From: a virus
Lineage: Duplodnaviria; Caudoviricetes
IMG/VR virus record: IMGVR_UViG_3300032007_001727
Reading direction: 5' to 3' (one strand)
Length of the DNA: 64,000 nt
A program made the translations under genes and the position numbers. Under the pieces are notes generated by a model, which was given only the letters and a program-made list of their open reading frames with translations, was not told where the DNA came from and searched no databases. This document shows, piece after piece, positions 49,513 through 59,000 of the stretch. The number at the start of each line of letters is the position of its first letter. Positions within the stretch are counted from its first letter, which is position 1.

Positions 49513-50577
49513 ATGAATAATATGAGCAATAAAGACGATGAAAGATTAAGAAAGACTACTATTGCCTTTCTCAAAGATTTCGCAGAACAAGGTTATGAGA
49601 ATGCCGTAGAGTGCATAGATTGGCTCGAAAAGCAAGGTGAGCAGAAGTCTATTGATATGGTTGAGCCAAAGTTCCATGAAGGTGATTGGATTATAACAGA
49701 CAAGAATCATATTTGGTATGTGGATGAAGATTGCTCAACAACGGGTTATCTTTATAGACTTGTTGCTATTAATGGAAAAGTTGAAGTGGCTGAATATGAA
49801 GTTGTTGATGAACACGCTCGTCTTTGGACTATTGCTGATGCAAAGGATGGGGACATACTATTCCAAGATTTAATGTGTGGTAAAACGTTTATTTATAATG
49901 GAATTAACCCTGACATGGCAATACTTTATTCTTTTCTTATAAGCAATGATGGTGAAGATGTTTTGCCATATCATATAGGGAAACCAAATACAGGTATAGG
50001 ATTTATTGAAGAAAACAAAAATATTATTCACCCAGCCACCAAAAAACAGCGTGAACTTTTATTTGCAAAAATGAAAGAAGCGGGTTATGAATGGGATATT
50101 GAAAAGAAAGAAGTGAAGAAAATTGAACCAAAGTTCAAGGTTGGCGACTATATAGTTTATAAAGGTTATGTGTGGAAAGTTTTTAATATAAGTCTTGAAA
50201 AATATTATGAACTATTGAAAATAAATAACGAAGTTTCTACATGTTCTATTGAATACGTCGATAACAATGCACATTTGTGGACCATCCAAGATGCAAAAGA
50301 TGGTGATATACTTGTGTCTAAATCTGGAGATAAAATATTTTCATATCGTGGGAATCTTGATTTAAGGGGTAGACCTTGTGCATATTATGGAATATACAAA
50401 GTACATGATGGAATACGTTTTAGTCCGTGTGCTATTGGTAATTATTTTACATATGAGGATGTTCATCCCGCAACCAAAGAACAGTGCGAGCAACTTGAAG
50501 AAGCAATGGCTGAAGCAGGATACACCTTTGATTTTGATAAGAAAGAGTTGAATAAAATAGAGGCACCAAGACTATGA
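49513..50577 (+). CDS. Paralog family D mosaic member with an internal duplication
   Basis: Two EPKF..GD / LWTI.DAKDGDIL / HPATK units. Confidence 0.8.
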   Translation: MNNMSNKDDERLRKTTIAFLKDFAEQGYENAVECIDWLEKQGEQKSIDMVEPKFHEGDWIITDKNHIWYVDEDCSTTGYLYRLVAINGKVEVAEYEVVDEHARLWTIADAKDGDILFQDLMCGKTFIYNGINPDMAILYSFLISNDGEDVLPYHIGKPNTGIGFIEENKNIIHPATKKQRELLFAKMKEAGYEWDIEKKEVKKIEPKFKVGDYIVYKGYVWKVFNISLEKYYELLKINNEVSTCSIEYVDNNAHLWTIQDAKDGDILVSKSGDKIFSYRGNLDLRGRPCAYYGIYKVHDGIRFSPCAIGNYFTYEDVHPATKEQCEQLEEAMAEAGYTFDFDKKELNKIEAPRL

Positions 50578-50756
50578 TTAAGGTATTTTTAAGCAAGATT
50601 TTGAGGTGGTTTCTTGAAAGCGGCAATGATGATGCATATGCAAAGGCAATCGAAGACATGGACTAATTAAGTGATAAAATGCAGTCAGAAATGACTGCAT
50701 TTTCTGTTTATTATGATATTTATTGTAAAAATAACGAATTAAATACATATTATAAT

Positions 50757-51089
50757 ATGAATAAGAAACTTATTAGATTAACAGAAGGAGACCTTCATAA
50801 TATAGTGAAAGAGTCTATAAAGAAAATACTAAAAGAAAGCGTTGGAGTTTTCGAGGTTTACACAAATGACTATATGCAAAATGCACCTGTTTTTGTGAGG
50901 GTTGGTGAAGAATTCTATAAAGTGCCACAAGAAATGGAGTTTATGATAGGCGAGTTAGGCACAAGACAAGGAAGAATGACTTTTATTGATGCCATTACTA
51001 ATGGCGAAATTCCTTCTTGTAATGTAGATGTATTAAAATTGAAAGGACACGGATATAAGAGTAGAGCGTTTAACGCCAATGCATTTTAA
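50757..51089 (+). CDS. Hypothetical protein with MNKKLIRLTEGDLHNIVKES leader (putative virion-internal protein)
   Basis: Leader peptide and upstream DNA shared with 27050-27640. Confidence 0.7.
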   Translation: MNKKLIRLTEGDLHNIVKESIKKILKESVGVFEVYTNDYMQNAPVFVRVGEEFYKVPQEMEFMIGELGTRQGRMTFIDAITNGEIPSCNVDVLKLKGHGYKSRAFNANAF

Positions 51090-51224
51090 GCAGCCATTAG
51101 ACTGACTCTAATTTCTGACCACTTACGAACAAGTCCAATTGACTTATGAAATATATGGGCGAATCTTTCTGATTTGCCCATTTTCGTTTTTTATAACCCA
51201 ACTGCCATATTATCACCAACAATT

Positions 51225-51257
51225 ATTGGAATTCTCAATTTTTTTATATATCTTTGC
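51225..51257 (+). promoter_or_regulatory. Bacteroidota -33/-7 promoter
   Basis: TTG 51226, TATCTTTG 51249. Confidence 0.6.
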
Positions 51258-51284
51258 ATTGATTAAAAAAAATATTATTATAAT

Positions 51285-51530
51285 ATGGAATGGCATTTGA
51301 TTTTAATGGTTGTTGGTACGATGTTATACCTCTACATGAAGGTATATTGGTATTCAACATCGATAACTATTAGTTATTATGAAGAGCCAAAAACCAAGAT
51401 ACAATCATTTAGGCGTTGGCTTAATCGCATAAAGTATTATTTGAAAGGATACTTCAAATGGTACGGATTTAAACATTTCTACCGCATAATAATCATATGG
51501 CTTATATATGGTGGATTTTTCATTTGGTAA
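51285..51530 (+). CDS. Small membrane protein
   Basis: Two hydrophobic/aromatic segments. Confidence 0.55.
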   Translation: MEWHLILMVVGTMLYLYMKVYWYSTSITISYYEEPKTKIQSFRRWLNRIKYYLKGYFKWYGFKHFYRIIIIWLIYGGFFIW

Positions 51531-51544
51531 TTTTTAAACAACTT

Positions 51545-51739
51545 ATGACAATAATACCGAAAGATAGAATGAAGAGGTATATGGCTTGGTGCAAGGACAA
51601 GAGATATACCGTGATTTGTGATTGTGGAGAAAAGGTTGAGATAACCCTCACTCCATATTATTATGACGAAGAGGAGAATGATGTATATTTTGCAGCATTA
51701 TGCCCCAAATGCGGAGACCTAATAATCATCAAAGAGTGA
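51545..51739 (+). CDS. Small zinc-ribbon protein
   Basis: CDCG...CPKCG. Confidence 0.6.
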   Translation: MTIIPKDRMKRYMAWCKDKRYTVICDCGEKVEITLTPYYYDEEENDVYFAALCPKCGDLIIIKE

Positions 51740-51764
51740 AGGATTGTTAAATTTTGGAATAAAA

Positions 51765-51797
51765 TTTGCTGTTTTCAAAATTTTTATATACTTTTGC
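51765..51797 (+). promoter_or_regulatory. Bacteroidota -33/-7 promoter of the tRNA cluster
   Basis: TTTG 51765, TACTTTTG 51789. Confidence 0.75.
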
Positions 51798-51814
51798 ACT
51801 GAAAAAATACGGAT

Positions 51815-51867
51815 GGTCGTTTAGTTCAATTGGATAGAACAATGCTCTCCTAAAGCATAGAATTGAG
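51815..51867 (+). tRNA. tRNA-Arg(CCT), 5' part (interrupted in the T-arm by IS607; 3' part at 54204-54223)
   Basis: GGTCGTT acceptor, GTTC/GAAC D-stem, ATGCT-CTCCTAA-AGCAT anticodon arm, TTGAG T-stem. Confidence 0.88.
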
Positions 51868-51954
51868 TATGAAATAGTTAAGTAAATATTTCAACTTTTT
51901 TATACTTTTTTTAACAAAATTTGATAACTTTTTAAAATAACGATATATTTATAT

Positions 51955-52116
51955 ATGATGAAAGTAATAAATATTGATTTTGAAAATAAGACATTTGAAA
52001 CAGATAATGGTGAAACATTCCCCTTAATGTTCGATGTTGATGAAACCATCACGCTTGAAGAATTTCAAGAGTTGGTTGACAAAAGTGAGAACGCAATAAA
52101 AGAAGTATTAAGTTAA
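51955..52116 (+). CDS. 53-aa acidic passenger ORF in the IS607 element
   Basis: MMKVINIDFENKTFETDNGETFPL... directly after TATTTATA and abutting tnpA. Confidence 0.55.
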   Translation: MMKVINIDFENKTFETDNGETFPLMFDVDETITLEEFQELVDKSENAIKEVLS

Positions 52117-52119
52117 TTG

Positions 52120-52746
52120 ATGGATAAACTATATAACATATCAAAAACCGCAGAAATATTAGATGTCACACCAAAAACATTAAGAGTATGGGATAAGGAA
52201 AATAAACTTAAACCGATTCTAACATCTGGTGGTCACAGACGTTATCGTGAGTCTGACATTAATAAGATAATCGGAGTTGAACAAAATGATGAAGTTAAGC
52301 AAGATGTTTGCGCAACATATGCAAGAGTTTCATCACAAAAACAGAAAGTAAGTGGTGAGTTGGATAGACAATCTCAGAGACTATCTGAATATTGTGCAAA
52401 ACATAATCTGTATGTTGAGCATATTATTAAAGATTGTGGAAGCGGCTTGGATGATAAAAGACAAGGCTTCGCTCAGTTGACTGACTTGGTTGTTAAGGGA
52501 AAAGTCAATAAGGTGGTGATTGAACATAAGGACATACTTACACGATTCCAATTCAACTTCATTAAGAAGTTGTATGCTGCATTTGGATGTGAGATAATAG
52601 TTTTAGATGACAAAGAAGATGTTTCTGATGCAGAGGAATTGACAAGAGACCTTATGGCATTATTAGCAAGTTTCAGTGGTAAGTATTATGGACGAAGAAG
52701 TTTAGAAAGGCATAAGCAAAATAAGAATGATAATAGAAGTAAATAA
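52120..52746 (+). CDS. tnpA: IS607-family serine transposase
   Basis: N-terminal MerR-HTH (TSGGHRRY), YARVSS, DCGSGL, C-terminal YGRRS; the usual DRL motif reads HKDILTRF. Confidence 0.92.
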   Translation: MDKLYNISKTAEILDVTPKTLRVWDKENKLKPILTSGGHRRYRESDINKIIGVEQNDEVKQDVCATYARVSSQKQKVSGELDRQSQRLSEYCAKHNLYVEHIIKDCGSGLDDKRQGFAQLTDLVVKGKVNKVVIEHKDILTRFQFNFIKKLYAAFGCEIIVLDDKEDVSDAEELTRDLMALLASFSGKYYGRRSLERHKQNKNDNRSK

Positions 52747-52879
52747 ACCAAGATGGAAGAATAAAGAATGGACATTTAACATAATTCCATACTTTTCAAT
52801 AACAAAAATATCCAATCTAGTGATTGCAATTAATGTTGGATGGTTATTTTGGGGAATAACGATTAGTAATGATTTTTAA
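52727..52879 (+). CDS. 50-aa passenger ORF between tnpA and tnpB
   Basis: MIIEVNKPRWKNKEWTFNIIPYF...GWLFWGITI; overlaps the tnpA stop and ends 6 nt before tnpB. Confidence 0.45.
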   Translation: MIIEVNKPRWKNKEWTFNIIPYFSITKISNLVIAINVGWLFWGITISNDF

Positions 52880-52885
52880 TTTAAT

Positions 52886-54196
52886 ATGTTAAGAGCGGTT
52901 AAGATAAGGTTGTATCCAAACAAGGAACAAGCAACAATGATAAACAAGTTGCTTGGATGCTGCCGTGTTGTCTATAATCAATGCCTTAACAGAAAGATAG
53001 AATCATATAAGAACGAAGGAAAAACTGAAAACTTGACAACATTGGGGCATTTCTTTCATAATGAATTGACAAAAGACCCGTGTTTCATATGGCTTAGAGA
53101 ACAGAATACAAAGGTTCTCAAACAAGCAATAATTGATATGTTGACAGCCTATAAGAATTTTTTTGAGCGACGCAGTGGATTTCCTAAATTCAAATCAAAG
53201 CACGATAACAAACAATCTTGTAGGTTTGAACTACACGCTATATCAAAACGCAATGACTATACAACATATCATTTGTCGCTTGCAAATATAAGAAACGTCA
53301 AATTCAGATGTAATGAAAAGTGTGCCCAGTACCTACAGAAGCATCACGACAATATAAGACAAGCAACGTTAACGAAGGTGCCTTGTGGTGAATACTACTT
53401 GTCAATATTGGTTGATGGTGATTTGACGCACAAAGTAAAAGAGACCGATGCTGCTGTAGGTATAGACCTTGGAATAAAGGACTTTGTGACAACAAGTGAC
53501 GGAGAAGTGTTCAATAATCTTCATTTCAAAAAAACAGAAACAAAGAAGATTAATAGGTTACAACGTCAGTTGTCAAAGAAAGAAAAAGGAAGTAACAATA
53601 GAAACAAGGCAAGGATTAAACTTGCTAAGTTATATAAAAAGATAAATGATAGGAAACAATACTATCTTCACGCTATAAGTAATTCACTCATTGACGAAAA
53701 CCAAGTCATATGTATGGAAGACTTGAATGTGAAGGGAATGGTCAAGAATCATAACCTTGCTGAAAGCATTTGTGAAATGAACTTTGGCGAATTTCGAAAA
53801 ATGCTTGAGTACAAGGCTCAGTGGTACAACCGAAAGATAGTATTTGTTGATAGGTTTTATCCATCAAGCAAGACGTGTCATAATTGTGGCTACATCAATA
53901 AAAGCCTCACATTAAATGATAGGCAATGGGCTTGCCCTCAATGTGGCGAAGTCATTGAAAGGGACTACAATGCAGCATTGAATATACTTGATGAAGGTTT
54001 AAAGATATTGGAGACAACCATAAACGTAGGGTGCTGTGAACCCGAACTCACGCTTGTGGACTACCCAACTACCGAAAGGTGGCAACACAGAAATGTGCTT
54101 ACCGTGGATGACAGACTCAGCAATGAGGTACTAAAAAGCAGTGGTAGGTTGAAACAAGAAGTTAATAATGAACAGACAAGTTTGTTCAAGTTTTAG
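52886..54196 (+). CDS. tnpB: TnpB RNA-guided nuclease
   Basis: AVKIRLYP, VGIDLG, CMEDL, PSSKTCHNCG...CPQCG, RDYNAALNI. Confidence 0.93.
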   Translation: MLRAVKIRLYPNKEQATMINKLLGCCRVVYNQCLNRKIESYKNEGKTENLTTLGHFFHNELTKDPCFIWLREQNTKVLKQAIIDMLTAYKNFFERRSGFPKFKSKHDNKQSCRFELHAISKRNDYTTYHLSLANIRNVKFRCNEKCAQYLQKHHDNIRQATLTKVPCGEYYLSILVDGDLTHKVKETDAAVGIDLGIKDFVTTSDGEVFNNLHFKKTETKKINRLQRQLSKKEKGSNNRNKARIKLAKLYKKINDRKQYYLHAISNSLIDENQVICMEDLNVKGMVKNHNLAESICEMNFGEFRKMLEYKAQWYNRKIVFVDRFYPSSKTCHNCGYINKSLTLNDRQWACPQCGEVIERDYNAALNILDEGLKILETTINVGCCEPELTLVDYPTTERWQHRNVLTVDDRLSNEVLKSSGRLKQEVNNEQTSLFKF

Positions 54197-54203
54197 CACA
54201 CAG
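54020..54203 (+). ncRNA. Predicted omegaRNA overlapping the tnpB 3' end
   Basis: Stems cttgt/acaag, ctacc/ggtag, taccgaaaggtg, cacagaaatgtg; ttgaa/ttcaa possible pseudoknot; typical position at the right end. Confidence 0.55.
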
Positions 54204-54223
54204 TTCGAGTCTCAAAATGACCA
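54204..54223 (+). tRNA. tRNA-Arg(CCT), 3' part
   Basis: TTCGAGT T-loop, CTCAA, then AATGACC-A pairing with GGTCGTT. Confidence 0.88.
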
Positions 54224-54273
54224 CAATAAAAATTTAACCTCGGCTATTTATGTGAATATAATCTAAGCCGAAA

Positions 54274-54741
54274 ATGAATAGGAGTAAAGAAGAATATATA
54301 AATGCTGCAAAAAATGCTTTCAGCATTGCACAGATGTGCAGAAATTTAGGGCTAAAATGTGCCGGTGGCAACTATAAAACCGTTAAGGAGGCAATTGATA
54401 AATATGAGATTGACACTTCGCACTTTAGAGGAAAAGGTTGGAACATAGGTTTAAAATTCAAACCGAATAAACCAATTCCGATTGAAGAGATATTGGTTGA
54501 GAATTCTAATTATCAATCGAATAAATTGCGAAAGAGGTTAATTGAAGCCAATTTAAAGGAAGCAAAATGTGACTGCTGCAATAGGTCAACGTGGAATGGA
54601 ATGCCAATTCCATTGGAACTCCATCATATTAATGGCGACAACACGGACAATAGGTTAGCGAACCTACAGATACTTTGCCCCAACTGTCACGCACAGACTG
54701 AGAACTACAGAAGAAGAAAAAATGCTGCTATGGTGAAATAG
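54274..54741 (+). CDS. HNH homing endonuclease in the tRNA cluster
   Basis: CDCC...LELHHINGDNTDNRLANLQILCPNCH. Confidence 0.9.
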   Translation: MNRSKEEYINAAKNAFSIAQMCRNLGLKCAGGNYKTVKEAIDKYEIDTSHFRGKGWNIGLKFKPNKPIPIEEILVENSNYQSNKLRKRLIEANLKEAKCDCCNRSTWNGMPIPLELHHINGDNTDNRLANLQILCPNCHAQTENYRRRKNAAMVK

Positions 54742-54807
54742 GTATACACGAGGGACTTAAAATCCCTTGGTCATTGGACCGTGCGAGTTCGACTCTCGCT
54801 AGCAGCA
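54724..54807 (+). tRNA. tRNA-Leu(TAA)
   Basis: GCTGCTA/TAGCAGC acceptor, AGGGA-CTTAAAA-TCCCT, long variable arm, GCGAG-TTCGACT-CTCGC. Confidence 0.93.
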
Positions 54808-54832
54808 CAAGAGTAATGATTTTTGTATTATT

Positions 54833-55204
54833 ATGTTAAGTTTTGAATATATATTAGAGAAAAAGGTTGTTAGGTTTCCGTTTCGAATTGGTGATATTGT
54901 GAAGGTAAAGGATTGGGGTGATACTTATAGCCAATGCCCTTCATTCAATAAATTCTTTGGTGTGAAAGATAACAAGACATATTACGAAATGTCGGATGAC
55001 TCTAATAAAAAAAGAAGTAAAGCAAAAGATTTTAAGATTGTGAAACTTGGTGCACACCCAAATGGACGTGTGGTTGTTGCATACATTGTTGATAGGGCAT
55101 TCCGTGATAACATAATTGGTATTGACGGTTTGTCCTTGGTGAAACAGTTTCCGTTAAGGAATGGTGAGCAAACAACAATAACATTAGAACAAATACCAAG
55201 ATAA
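54833..55204 (+). CDS. Hypothetical protein
   Basis: 123 aa; FRIGDIVKV (KOW/SH3-like start). Confidence 0.6.
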   Translation: MLSFEYILEKKVVRFPFRIGDIVKVKDWGDTYSQCPSFNKFFGVKDNKTYYEMSDDSNKKRSKAKDFKIVKLGAHPNGRVVVAYIVDRAFRDNIIGIDGLSLVKQFPLRNGEQTTITLEQIPR

Positions 55205-55214
55205 TATATTTAAA

Positions 55215-55823
55215 ATGGATAGGAATAAAGCATATAAAGCCTTTGACATTAATGAAGTCGGTGACCACAACGAGGTATTTCTTGTTCCCAAGAACAAGAC
55301 AATAACCTTATACGACGGGAGATATTGTGCCGTTGCCGGATTCATTTATGCCATCGTTGACGGAAAGTATTGTGTGTTGGCGAATAAGAGGGGAATCGGG
55401 ACACCGGACTTCCAAGGATATTGGAATTGCCCTTGCGGGTATTTGGAAAGGGGTGAAAACTCAAGACAAGGTATTTCTAGGGAAACGAATGAGGAGTGTA
55501 ACATACTTGTCAGTCCGGATAAATTCACTGTCACATTTGTACAAACTGAACCGTCAGAGTCCAATAACGGAAATGTGACAATCCATCATACTGCCTTTAT
55601 CGGAAGAGGTTGTAATAACAATACAATTGAATACCCTACGGAATTTGATAACGGTGGCGAGGAGAATGAGGTCCAAGACATCAGATGGATTCCGGTAACT
55701 GAGATTAATAGATATAAATGGGCCTTCGGACACGATAGACTAATATTAAAATATGCCGCACCCATTTGGAAAAGGGTATTTCTTAAAGTTTGGTTTAAAT
55801 TTTTTGGTGGCTATGATAATTGA
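55215..55823 (+). CDS. Nudix hydrolase
   Basis: GYLERGENSRQGISRETNEECNI Nudix box; WAFGH. Confidence 0.85.
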   Translation: MDRNKAYKAFDINEVGDHNEVFLVPKNKTITLYDGRYCAVAGFIYAIVDGKYCVLANKRGIGTPDFQGYWNCPCGYLERGENSRQGISRETNEECNILVSPDKFTVTFVQTEPSESNNGNVTIHHTAFIGRGCNNNTIEYPTEFDNGGEENEVQDIRWIPVTEINRYKWAFGHDRLILKYAAPIWKRVFLKVWFKFFGGYDN

Positions 55824-56067
55824 TTTGTCTTTTGACTACGATGCATCCTTTACTGAATTTAAAGGGCCGAAGGTATTTGAGATAAGCAATGGCGATAGGT
55901 GGGCACATTGTCATACAGATATGGGGAAGGAATTCTTAAGCACTTATCTCGGCAAGGAAGTTGAGATAAATAAGCCGGTAAGAATATCAAAAGACTTATA
56001 CAGAAAAATAATGGAGGACATTCCAAAAGAACTGTCCTCCATCATCGGTGGATTCCACTATAAGTGA
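55813..56067 (+). CDS. Hypothetical protein
   Basis: ORF overlapping the Nudix stop; start uncertain. Confidence 0.5.
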   Translation: MIIDLSFDYDASFTEFKGPKVFEISNGDRWAHCHTDMGKEFLSTYLGKEVEINKPVRISKDLYRKIMEDIPKELSSIIGGFHYK

Positions 56068-56079
56068 TTTTTTTATTTT

Positions 56080-59000
56080 TTAGATTTCAAAACTATCACT
56101 TGAATTTGTGGTCTGTACTCTTACGGTATCGCCGGATGTAAACGTACGTGCCGTGAATGATGCAATGTTATTGGTTACGGTTACCGTCTCAATGAAAGTG
56201 TCATTTACATACAATGATGCCGAATTTCCGTCATTGGTATAGCATTTTATTACTCTGTCCACTGTCTTTGTGTAATTCTTTCCACAGATATGAATAAACG
56301 GTGCCGGATTCCACCAAGCCTTATACAGATAGAATGCATCCTTCTTGGTTCTGTGGTCTCTCTCAACAAGTCCCTTGTCATTAAGTCTTCTGAGATTATC
56401 GTCAATTGACGTGTTTTCGCCGTCAAGACACACCGTATATCCCTCGTTTCTGTTATAGACCGCTATATCGAATAACTGCCATTGTGCCGTGAACAACAAT
56501 TGCGGATATTGCTTTATGGTTGCAATATGTCCCTCATGAAGCCACATCATATACTCAATGTCATGGCGTTCATAGTTTCCCCTTGTGGTTGTTGTCATAA
56601 AGTCATCGGAGTGACACCGTTGAGTACCGCCACATCCGTATTCTGAGAATGCCATAGGCTTGTGCAGTGCCGTAATGGTATTGGCCGTCCTAGTATTCAG
56701 TTGATTTACCGGTGTATTCATATTCGGTTGGTCATACCATCCCACGTATATATTGCAGCCGAACCAATCAACGTTTGGATTATTGAAATATGCGCTTGGG
56801 TTTGTTGAATTACCTTGCGAAAGCACGTAACCGACCCATCTGTCACTGTCCAAGTTCTTAATTATGGATGTGTAGGATTCAATCTTACCCTTTGCGAAGT
56901 TCTTGTCATCCGTGGTCGTTTCATTGCTTAAACTCCAAAATATGATACACGGGTGATTATAGTGCTGATTCACCATATCAGTATATTGTCCCTCAAGGTG
57001 GGTATAATATTCATTCGGCATGGTTGTCTGCATCTTGTTGACACAAGGAACCTCCGTCTGTACGACAATACCCAATGCGTCACATCTGTCATAGACCTCC
57101 TTCGGGTGTGGATAGTGTGCTAGACGTATGAAGTTACATCCAAGTTCTTGTATGATACTGAATGTCTGCGTGTAGTCGCTGTCTGTCAAGGCATTTGCCT
57201 TTCCGTCAATATCATCATGCATGCAAACACCCCTCAAGAGGTAAGGTGACCCGTTCAGCAAGAAGCCGGTATATGGATTCTGTGCAGTACCAACCTTCTC
57301 AGTGTCATCAATGACATATTCATAGTACCTTAAACCATATGGTCTAACATATCTGTGATACAAGTCACCGTTATGACGTATTTCCATCGTAATGGTATAC
57401 AAGTGCGGGTCACTAGTACCGTTCCAAAGGTGCGGGTTTGATATGGTTGTTATGAATATGATTTCCTCATTCTCACTAGCCTTTGTTTCGGTATGATGAT
57501 AAGTCCCGTCATCGATTGTCAACGTCACGCTTGCACCGGAAGGTATCGTTGTCATGACATTTATGGTTGCCGTGTCTGACGATACCGTGGATGTTACGTG
57601 GAATCCGTCGTATCCATATTCCGGAAGCGGCATATATTCACTTGTGAACAGTTTCACGTTGCCTAGGGTTGCGTTAAAGTTGAAGTCACCCGCTGCCGGT
57701 GCAAGTTTATTTCCCTCATTGTTCTTGAGGACAACCATCACTTCATTCGTGCCACTGTGAACATATTCAGATATGTCCGTAAAGAATGCGTTATATCCGC
57801 CCCAATGTTTCTCAACCAAGGTGTTGTCAATATATATGGAAGCCGATTGGTCTGCGTGTTGGAACCAAAGATATGCCGGATGTTTTTCCCTTAGTGCGAA
57901 ACTTGTCTCAAACGTGAATTCACCCTTTGCATAACTAGATGAGTGTCCGTCTATGGCATTTACCGAATATGGTGTCGAGACAGTCTGTCCGTTGTATCTC
58001 CATGAAGTCAAGTCTCTGTTTGAGGCTTCATATGGAACATCGCTCACATATTGGCAATATTCACTGACGGTACGGCTCGTGTCAGTGTTAAGTTCCGAAT
58101 ATGCCTCAATGGTTGTATCGGCAGTAATGGTTATCGGACTGCTATATCCGGAGTATGCACCGTTCTTGTCAAGCCTATAGTATATATTCGCATTTACCGT
58201 ACTGCAAGACAACGAAATAATACTAAATCCGTCGTACATGATTTCCGGTGGCGTAATGGCAGTTTCATCCACGACAACCCATGATGTCGGGATACCGCTA
58301 GCACCCCTAGTCCAAGTAGTGACCGAAACACCTGAATCCTTTACGAAAGTACCGGATGAGGAAACGCTCTTAACCCAATTCTGCTTGCAGTTGCTTGCAT
58401 TAAACCCGTCAATTGCAAGACACTTGATAAAGTTTAGGTGTGTACAGCCGGTAAACATATTACCGTAGCATTCTTGCACTAATATAGGTGCAAGAAGTTC
58501 CGGTGCGGACTGTATTCCGCATTCCTCGAACATATACCAATAGCAACCTTTTGTCAATGTTAGTGCCGGTAACTTAGGTGCCGTCGTAAGTGTGGTACAT
58601 TTGCTGAATAATGCCCTATAGCAGTATTCAGTCAAGGTTGTACAAGGCAATACCAAGTTTTCGGCTGATACTACACTTGAGAGTTTAAACAATGAGCAGA
58701 AATTATAGGTTCCTCCACTGAACGTTGTCTTGTTAAGGAAATTGTCACCATAGATTAAACTCATTATGTTACCTTCAGCGTTGAATGTTGCCGTGCCGCC
58801 CTCAAAACCGGAATAATTACTCTTACTACTAGCATATGAGACATTTGTTCCCTTCAATCTCAAGGAATCACCGGCAGCAACGGTTATGGTTGTTGCCGTG
58901 CTTGCCGTAATCGATGTCCATTGCCCGTTATTAAGACTATATTGAATGGTCTTTGCTTGTCCGGAACCGATAGAGTTCCACTTAATGGTTCCGCCGCTTA

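Larger units (their letters stand above)
51868..54203 (+). mobile_element. IS607-family element (tnpA, tnpB, two passenger ORFs) inserted in tRNA-Arg
   Basis: AG(T) shared at both junctions (ttgAGTatg / cacAGTtcg); removal restores a 73-nt cloverleaf. Confidence 0.9.

Noticed and set aside
37866-50577. Diversity-generating retroelement or second CRISPR array behind the repeats
   Set aside because: No reverse transcriptase, differences are not adenine-specific, and the repeats are in-frame coding anchors with irregular spacing
51868-54203. IStron (group I intron) that would splice the tRNA back together
   Set aside because: Only ~87 AT-rich nt precede the first ORF, no group I core is visible, and no junction gives both a 5'-exon U and a terminal G
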